Of a stretch of 20,000 bases of DNA, positions 11,888 to 20,000 are shown in pieces (positions within the stretch are counted from its first letter, which is position 1; each line of letters begins with the position of its first letter). Where the stretch lies: positions 55,080-75,079 of the forward strand of contig MU271393.1 in NCBI GenBank assembly GCA_021432655.1, in the 5' to 3' direction. Source of the stretch: Atractiella rhizophila. Its lineage: Eukaryota. The notes beneath the pieces were generated by a model. The model searched no databases and was not told the DNA's origin. It worked only from the letters and a program-made list of their open reading frames with translations. The position numbers and the translations under genes are program-made.

Positions 11888-12092
11888 GGTTTTATTCTGC
11901 GCTCGCTGTTATTTTGCACAGCGTTTTGAGGATTGTGGGCTTCAGTGCCGCGTCAATGAAGCGTGAAGTGGTCGATTTCCATTGAGGATCATGTGACCCG
12001 AAGGAAAATTGGGAACAACGAAGGCGTCGAAGTGTTGAGTTTGCATGGCTGAGAAGCTGTGGGAAGGTTGAGGGAGATACTACTCTACTGTG
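11888..12092. promoter_or_regulatory. Probable bidirectional promoter between ALG10 and the GT62 gene
   Basis: Only 205 bp separate the two divergent ATGs. An E-box-like TCATGTGAC lies at ~11989-11997, near the midpoint. Confidence 0.5.
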
Positions 12093-13994
12093 ATGCTACG
12101 CCGTCGCCTCTTCTCAAAAGCTCCCACCAAAGATGACCACTTCCCTCCTGCCGCCGTACACCTCTCAAACCTACCATGGCGAAGAGCGCTCATTTTCCTA
12201 GGATTTTTCTGCATCTTTGTTATTGTGGCGTGGAATAGAGGCAAGGGGGATGTGGCTGTGGTAGACTTTGATTTGAAGAAGGGAGAGGGGGAGAGAGTGC
12301 TGGTGTGTTTTCTTCGCTTCTCTTCTTAGTTTTGCTGCCTTCGCCGTACCTTTCCGTGAATTTACTTGCCCTTTCTTCTTGGACAACGTCACCATTTCCT
12401 GCTCGTGTTGAGCGAAAATGGCGCTGTGCAGCGTTGCACAGTAGGAAGTGCTGCAGCATTTTACACGCAATCTTATATATTCATGGACACTATTTCCTGA
12501 GCGCCATAGTATGATTCTTTTGATTACTGCCAAGTTAATCGTGCAGCTGTAGCCACGTATCATACTTGCCTCTTCCTTCTTTGCTACGGCGTATTATCCA
12601 AAGTTCCAATCAGAATACGCTCTACCATCTCTATTCGGTGTGGTGCTTCTGTGAAAAGGAGAAAGCCATTATTTAGTTAAAGCCTGAACCTTTTCCATGA
12701 TAGAAACCTTGTCCGTTTATCCATGCCTGAAGTTGAAACCTGGTGGGGACTGAGACGAATGAGAGGACACACCTTCGTCGTCCATGCAGACATTCTTCCT
12801 CTCACACATGTAATCCAGATCCTGGTGCCTCTCAAAAACGCTCTCGAACACATCTGGCACCACTTCACGCTCCTTAGCAGCCTGACGTACCCCGCCCACC
12901 TCATCAGCATCGCCTTCCTAGTCTCGGACAGCACCGATCGGACGTTTGAGAGGACGCGAGAACTGGCAGAACACCATCAGTATCGGGAGAGGAAGGGCTG
13001 GGAGAGCGTGAAGGTGTACAAGAAAAATTTCATGGGTCTTACGCGGGAAGGTGAGGAGGAGGTTAGGTCTTTGGCCAGTTTGATTCAGGATGCTTGGGAT
13101 AAGTGGGGTTGGGAGGGGAGTGAGCAGCTCAAGAAGATGTATCCGACTTTATTCCATGCGACGGACGTACCTGGAGCCTACAGAACGGAACCAGACCCCA
13201 ATCTAATGAGAGAACTCCTCTCCAATGCCCCTGGCAAGCTTAGACACTCCCTGGTCCTCCAACCCGCCCGACGAAGGCTCCTCGCAAAATCGAGAACTTG
13301 GCTCCTCTCTTCTGCTCTGCGGGAACATCACGATTGGGTGCTATGGTTGGATGTGGACGTTATTCAGTTTAGAGAGGGAATGATTCAGGATTTAATTCGC
13401 TTTGCGAAGGAAGGAGGTGCGGATGTGGTTGCTCCGAATTGCATGTGGAGGACTTATAATGAGATGGGGTATGTTCATGTTCCAATATTAAAAGAGGCGC
13501 TGAAGGCTGTTTTGGGGAAGGGGTTACGATCTGAATAACTGGAAGGAAACGGAAGAGTCGCTCGCATTACAAGCGAACATGTCATCCGACGACATATTGA
13601 TAGAAGGTCCGTCTTCCAATCTCGCATGCACACCAATCTCTTTCATCCCAGCTTAACTATTACAGGTTACGCCTCTCATCCCACCCATCGCAACCACATG
13701 ATACACCATCCCCTCTCTCTCGATCCCGATCCAACTTCTTCCTTGCTCATAGACCTAGACGGCGTTGGTGGTTGCACGCTGCTCGTGAAAGCGGATATGC
13801 ACAGACAGGGTGCCATATTCCCTGCTTGGCCGGTGCACAGTCAGTTGGAGACGGAGGGGTTTGCGAGGATCGTTAAGCAACTGGGAGGCAAGATTCGTGG
13901 CGTTCCTAGGTACCATGTTTATCATGGTACGTCCGGCTCCTTGTTACTGTGGAGAAATGTCATTGACGAGAACATTCCAGGGCTTTACGGATGA
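12093..13994 (+). CDS. Anp1/Mnn9/Van1-family Golgi mannosyltransferase (GT62), type II membrane protein
   Basis: N-terminal TM anchor. ERVL|ILVPLKNA joined across intron 12303-12818; LTYPAHLISIAFLVSDSTDRT; DxD motif WLDVDV; GYDLNNW; DLDGVGG; LETEGFA. Further introns 13469-13520, 13607-13665 and 13927-13980. Confidence 0.92.
12690..12811 (+). ncRNA. Candidate intronic H/ACA-like RNA (unconfirmed)
   Basis: GU-rich hairpin (TTTCCAT..GTGGGGA), then H-box-like AGACGA (12753-12758, ANANNA), then hairpin TGAGAGGA/TCCTCTCA, then ACA. Invariant in the second copy after the gap. No guide target identified. Confidence 0.25.
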
Positions 13995-14617
13995 ACGCGT
14001 TGAGGTAGGACGGAGAGTTTTCCGTGGACGCTTTCGAGTGTTGATGAAGGCCGTTGTAACGACCACGAACAACAATGGATATGTGAAAACCTTGGGCAGA
14101 TTCAGGAAGAAGAGACTGGATATTTCACTTAATCTTGGAAAATAGGCCAGCGATTGCAAAAGATAGACTAAGGTGAACATGTGGATGATCCCTTTCTCAT
14201 TACTCCTTTGAGTGAAGGAAGTCGAAGAGAGAGAATCAGGAATTCTCTCCGTTCGGCTGTGGAGTGATGGGTCGACGATTGTCGAATGTGTATTAGCCGT
14301 TAGCCGAAGAGATCCAGCTAACCTATAGTTTGATGGCATTCGTAGGTATATATTTATGTCAATGAGGAATATGAAATTTAGATAAGGCGGATACAGACAA
14401 ATGGAATGGCATGGCCCAAATGTTGCAAGCTTAAACCGCAAACTGATTGAAGCTATTGGTTTTTTCCCACAATATGAACACTGTATTCTGATGCAGAGTA
14501 CTCATCATGACCTTCAGGCTGCGGCGACGCTTCGAACCTGTCTTTTCATCAAGGTCATCGTTCGATGAGAAATCACTTACCCTTTTTCCACCTTTGTCCT
14601 TGTTTCAGCCTGGAGTA

Positions 14618-16016
14618 TTACCGGTACACCTCCCTCCATTCTGCTCCCCAAGGTTTGAAGCCGCATATCCGGTCCTTCGCATACACACGCAGAGGATGCG
14701 TCCCGCGCTTTGGAATCATATCATTTCGTCGCGCGGAACTACTGTCGTTTGATGGACCTCCATCTCGCATATCGCTCTGACCGACAGAACGAAGATGGAG
14801 GACAATGCGAGAGGTCATCATGGTCGTAAATATGAGTGCAAGTGGTGCATTGAGAACCGGGTTAGCTACTGTTGGAATGCTGTTTCATTCCCTAGTAAGT
14901 GTCGAGGCTACACAGGGGTTGGCTGGAGGATGACAAACCCGAAATAAATCGCGTTAATTAGGTTGCAGGTGAATACCACCAGAAAGTAGACCACTCCATC
15001 ACGCGCAAAAATGGTAAGGAGATGGGTGCGAGGTGACTTGCGCCAGTGAGAAATGAGCGCTCTGGAATGATTTTCAGCGACAGTTAAATGGATGAAGTGG
15101 ATGACACACACGAGTACAAATATGGTCGCCGTGGTGTCATACAGGAGAGGAGGGATCCTGTCATTGCCATCAGGCTTCCGATCCTAACTTCGGTAGGGGA
15201 ACGGACCAATAAACATAACTGTGGCTTGAGGACTCATCAGCTTGTTGACATCAGATCGGGGAACCGCAAATTACTTCTTCTGATCCCGAAGTTCAGCGAT
15301 ACAGCCTCTCAAGCCCGGAGGTCTATTTAATCCGTCAGTGTCTCTCTCCTGAATCTTAAACGCCTACACAGGTAATGACTTGCTTGGAACGACTGCCCAT
15401 ATCTGAACGGCAAAACCACAGATTGCAAATGCGCTGAAGAACGCAGCAATCCACTTTCGACGGTTCCACATTACCCAGACCCTTGCCCCAAGCAGGAACT
15501 CGCAGCTCACTGCAACAATCGCGTCACGTGGGTCAGTTTGCTTAAAACTCGAGGTAGGAGGCGAAATATGCACAAAGGAGAATGCTACTAGCGATAGGTT
15601 CGATAATGTGAACCTTCTCGCACGTTTTTGGGTCGATTTTTAACCAGAAGAGGCACAGGAAGACGACAACATCTAAAAGCCCCCAGTACCTACATATTTC
15701 GCTTCAGCACTCCACTTGGAGAGCAAAGAGCAATAAAAGGCCTACCGGTTGAAAAAGAAGGCGAGATGGACTGGCGTCCAGCGCTCGGCGCCCCACATGG
15801 TCCTGTACTCGTTTGGGAAAGTAAGGATGAAATCCCAGCTGTAGATGGCGAAGCAAGCTGCTTTCTAGTTCAGTGGTTGCACAAGTGAGACCAAGAAAAG
15901 CGCGAACCTGTGAAATAGGTACGGCTAGTAGAGAGAACTTCCTCCACGGCTGCACTTTGAAGAGCGAGATGGAGCTGTTCCTCCACAGTAGGAGTAGGAC
16001 CAAGAGAGGATGACAT
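14618..16016 (-). CDS. Fungal multi-pass membrane protein with N-terminal DUF6533-like domain, multi-exon (3' end approximate)
   Basis: ATG 16016. Hand-translated exon AACFAIYSWDFILTFPNEYRTMWGAERWTPVHLAFFFNR; later LLGARVWVMW, LLTIFARDGVVYFLVVFTCNLIN and MMTSRIVLHLR, typical of this basidiomycete family. Confidence 0.8.
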
Positions 16017-17455
16017 GGCGGCTCTTTGTCCTGTGAAATTAAGACGAAGGCAGAACTTTAACAGCTGAGAGCTAGGAGCCCCCTTTATAGGTCTGTATGA
16101 AGCTCTGAGAGATCAAGGCGGCATTGTTCGACTGGTGCTAAACATGAATGGGTCTGTAATGTAGAAAGACCCACTTATTGAGTTTGGAATTTCAGGAGTG
16201 GTTACTGTGCAATATGAAAAGAAACGGAGCTCTCGCTCGCCAAAGCCGTTGTTTTGCTGGCATTCCTGGCTTCGGCATAAACGACCAGGAATTCTTGGAA
16301 CACACTATGGCCGTGGCCTTTGGACGGTTCCCTTTCTACATTTTGCTAACCATACAAGGATCCAAAAGTTGACCCTGTGAGATCTTCTCAAAGCAGTTCG
16401 GAGGCTGCCCTATGCGGAGCCTACCCATTTCGGTCCTCAAGGTTCATTCGGCGTTCAGGTATTCAGTTCAAAATATGGTGATCAGAAGAACTGACATTGA
16501 TGTTATGGTATGCAGGTCATGATCGGCTGAGCTATCCATCAGCGGAGAGAGCGAAGAGGAATCTGGTGATCAGGGGAAAAGTTGTCGTGATCAACAAGTC
16601 AATTGTGTGACCGTCTGTAAAGCCCGCCCATCCTACTGCGTTCATTGTGACGGTAATGTAGCGTCTAAAAGGTTGTTGACGAGAGCAACCCGACGCTCAT
16701 TTTCACAGCAAGCAGTCTTGGATAAGATACGTGTCACTAGAGCAATTCGTGAGTTATCTTCTGAGCTCGCTCTGAGGCGTGAAGGAAGACGGAAACTACG
16801 TAGAAACGCCGATCAAAAAGACACCTCCTTCAATCAGGTAGCGTTCAATATCAGTTTTAGTAAGCTAAACATTGCGTGAAACAGAAAGTAAAGGACCTGG
16901 TAGTTTAAGGAATGACAACACGATCCGCGTGCAGCGAAGAGAACACAGTAAAGGGAATGCTGTTCTACTGAAGTAGAAAGAGAGAAAGTGTCTAAGAGCT
17001 GTACGCAGTTGGTAGAATTGCTGTGGAGTACTGAGGCAACTAGGCATACTGCAAAGTCAAGACTTGGATAGAAGACATCGCAGAGTTGATATGTGAGTTG
17101 CTCAAAAAAAGAATGGTCACACACCGGACATGTCTGACATTCCAGTGTGACTTCCTCCATGAACAGGAAATCGCTTCAACATGCCAACATTTACAACAGA
17201 CTCCTAAGTCTCCAACTCGCAACCTTTTTTCGGCTGTTCAAGTTGCCAGTGGGATCCGAATCTTGTCTTCACTGCATTCGATTGTGGTCGGCAACCTCCG
17301 GCTCCCGGTACCAACGTCATTCAACAACGCCTCACATCAATGGAATGGATTAAACGTCCACTTGCTCGCACGACACTTGATTAAGCTTGATTCCAGGCGC
17401 CTTCAAGTTGGCGTAATATTGAACGTCTAAAAAGCTCATAATCACAGCATTGAGA

Positions 17456-18717
17456 ATGTCGGAATCCACGAACGAGTTCACAGGGGCAACGTTCCTTGAC
17501 GCTGCTACATGCTTGCGACGTGGCTTCGCTCCATTGGACAAGAAGCGAGTGAAGCCCGTGGGAAAGGAAGGGGATGCGTTTAAACTATATTACGGTTCAT
17601 TTTCCTCTATTCATGGTTTATACGTGCCTGACATGACTGGCGGATAGAGCTCCATGGTTCAGACAAACCGGATGCGAGAAAGATTGTCTTCATCATGGGT
17701 TTGAATTCGACCTGTTGGGGATGGCATGGGCAGGTTAGATATTTCGCGAGGCAGGGATATCAGGTTTTGGCATTCGACAATCGCGGAGTTGGATACAGCG
17801 AGTGAGCTTCCTTTCCTGGGCAGCTCAACCCGAGCTGATTTCGTCGGAATAGTACACCAAGAGGTCCCTATAAGTCAGAGCTTCCATAGATTACGAGGTT
17901 TCGAGTTCTAACGTCAAGTGTTTAGGACGTCAGAAATGGCTAAGGATGTAGTGGATTTATTTGATCATCTTGGGTGGACGTCTAAGGACCATTCGATCAA
18001 CGTCGTTGGTGTCTCGTTGGGTGGCATGATTTCACAGGAGCTTGCATGTCTCTTCTTCACGTTTCATCTCCCCTACTAACCAGGTGAACGACAGGGTCTC
18101 CTGATACCAGAGCGCATCCAATCCATCGTTCTAACCTCCACCACAGCCAACATCGTTTTCCGACTTCCTTCTCTCAAAGCGCTCAACATGTACGTTCGCA
18201 TCACCACCGGCATGGTGAAGACGAAAGAAGATCTCGTCACGTTGGCAGTGAAAACGTTGTATCCGGACTCCTTCCTAGACAAAGTGGGAGACTACGAGCC
18301 TGAGCGGGGCAACCGTGACTACCTTGAAGACGAGTTCCTGCGCCGAGTAAACACAGGACGACCCTCAACTGCTATGGGACGTTTCTCTCAGATCAGCGCG
18401 GGGATGTTCCATCGTGTCAAACCCGAGCGATTGGAGAAACTGGGGAGAAGTATTCCTGCGATTGGTGTTATCACTGGGAATGACGATAATCTGATTTATT
18501 GGAAAGAGAGCGAGATTCTGAAGCGCTATCTTGGTGTACGCCTTTTCCTCATCTCGGCACCTGGACTTAGGCTTACTGTTCGGGTTGATAGGATGTCGAG
18601 TATAGAGTGCTACAGAATGGTGGACACGCGCTTCCTTCTCAGTTTCGTGATGAGTACAATCTTTTTGTAGAGAGCATCGTAGAGAGCAGCGAAGGTAAAG
18701 CGAAAGCAATGTTGTGA
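17456..18717 (+). CDS. Alpha/beta hydrolase fold protein (Abhydrolase_1-like), multi-exon
   Basis: Spliced reading KLYY|ELHG...IVFIMGLNS...VLAFDNRGVGYSD|TPRGPYK|TSEMAKDVVDLFDHLGW...VVGVSLGGMISQEL, with a GxSxG nucleophile elbow; ITGNDDNLI (acid); NGGHALP (His); stop at 18717. Confidence 0.92.
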
Positions 18718-18847
18718 TCTTTATCCATTCCAGATCCGCCAGACATACGTAGACATATACAACGATGCATTTAGAAATCTTAATACCTTGTTTGATCATG
18801 TACACCATTATACGAGACAAATCAAGAAATTGTTTTGGGACACTCCA

Positions 18848-19260
18848 TCAGGAAAACGACAAACTTGTGCTTAATCAAGAGACGACGACAAATCAAAACA
18901 GTCAATAAAGAATCAATCGAACAACAAACCTCCTTTCCCTCTCTTTTTTCGGGGACGCTGTCTGCTTCCCAATCTCGTCCTCAAACAGCAACTTCTTCCC
19001 CTTAACGTTTCTCGGCTTCCTCCCACTACCTAATCCACCTCCAAAATCTAACGGTGTGATCTCCATATCCACATCCATCACTTTCTCTTCCCCATCATCC
19101 GCACCTCCAGACCCAGAACCAGATCCAGAACCAGAGCCATCAGCATGAGTCTGAAAGTCCATTTTCCTCTTCCTATGGATGCTCCAACTCCCTGTATCCT
19201 TCTTGGGACTCGGAATGACATCCGTGTTCCTCTCCAACTTGCTCACTCCGGATTCCACAT
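18848..19260 (-). CDS. 3' end of an unidentified low-complexity protein, cut by the assembly gap
   Basis: Open frame from the gap (ORF 18902-19258) with a GSGSGSGSGSGG tract and charged residues. Probable last intron GTTTGT...TTAAG (~18929-18872) giving a ...STSLSFS* end. Confidence 0.55.
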
Positions 19261-19285
19261 NNNNNNNNNNNNNNNNNNNNNNNNN
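19261..19285. other. Assembly gap (25 N)
   Basis: Run of N. Confidence 0.99.
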
Positions 19286-20000
19286 CTACCATGGCGAAGA
19301 GCGCTCATTTTCCTAGGATTTTTCTGCATCTTTGTTATTGTGGCGTGGAATAGAGGCAAGGGGGATGTGGCTGTGGTAGACTTTGATTTGAAGAAGGGAG
19401 AGGGGGAGAGAGTGCTGGTGTGTTTTCTTCGTTTCTCTTCTTAGTTTTGCTGCCTTCGCCGTACCTTTCCGTGAATTTACTTTCCCTTTCTTCTTGGACA
19501 ATGTCACTATTTCCTGCTCGTGTTGAGCGAAAATGGCGCTGTGCAGCGTTGCATAGTAGAAGTGCTGCAGTATTTTACACGCAATCTTATATATTCATGG
19601 ACACCATTTCTTGAGCGCCATAGTATGATTCTTTTGATTACTGCCAAGTTAATCGTGCAGCTGTAGTCACGTATCATACTTGCCTCTTTCTTCTTTGCTA
19701 CGGCGTATTATCCAAAGTTCCAATAAGAATACGCTCTACCATCTCTATTCGGTGTGGTGCTTCTGTGAAAAGGAGAAAGCCATTATTTAGTTAAAGCCTG
19801 AACCTTTTCCATGATAGAAACCTTGTCCGTTTATCCATGCCTGAAGTTGAAACCTGGTGGGGACTGAGACGAATGAGAGGACACACCTTCGTCGTCCATG
19901 CAGACATTCTTCCTCTCACACATGTAATCCAGATCCTGGTGCCTCTCAAAAACGCTCTCGAACACATCTGGCACCACTTCACGCTCCTTAGCAGCCTGAC
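19286..20000 (+). repeat. Second copy of 12171-12886 (GT62 exon 1 part, long intron, start of exon 2); haplotig or duplication
   Basis: Colinear with 12171-12886 with 11 substitutions and one 1-nt indel; begins immediately after the N gap. Confidence 0.95.

Noticed and set aside
12697..12753. C/D box snoRNA reading (ATGATAG…CTGA…CTGA)
   Set aside because: The C box is non-canonical, there is no terminal stem, and the rRNA-complementary 10-mer is not adjacent to a D or D' box.
12303..12818. TPP riboswitch, RNase P/MRP, snR30/U17 or telomerase RNA in the long intron
   Set aside because: The diagnostic motifs as recalled (GAUCUGGAUAAUACCAGCG, GAAAGUCCCC, AUAUUCCUA with AAACCAU, CCCUAA template) were not found; only a partial GGGGACTGAGA.
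12723..12818. ATG at 12723 as the start of the GT62 gene
   Set aside because: It lies within the intron; splicing from the TM-encoding exon 1 reconstitutes the conserved ERVLIL motif.
19105..19140. CCAGA(A/T/C/G) hexamer repeat
   Set aside because: Simple coding repeat for a Gly-Ser tract; not CRISPR-like or telomeric.

Overview
Gene-dense eukaryotic DNA with ~50-nt GT-AG introns, most consistent with a basidiomycete fungus (inferred from intron style and a DUF6533-type gene). In order: a PXA/PX sorting-nexin-like gene (-, runs off the left edge); an F-box/LRR-like gene array (decayed paralogue plus gene) carrying a near-identical 2,507-bp tandem duplication whose junction forms an in-frame chimeric ORF; ALG10 (-) head-to-head with an Anp1/Mnn9/Van1-family (GT62) glycosyltransferase (+); a DUF6533-type membrane protein (-); an alpha/beta hydrolase (+); the 3' end of an unknown gene (-); a 25-N gap; and a second, slightly divergent copy of the GT62 5' region. 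The most unusual signal is the 516-nt first intron of the GT62 gene: about ten times the local intron size, rich in hairpins, and ending in an H/ACA-like arrangement that is invariant between the two copies. No novel system can be established from sequence alone, and several oddities may be assembly artefacts.
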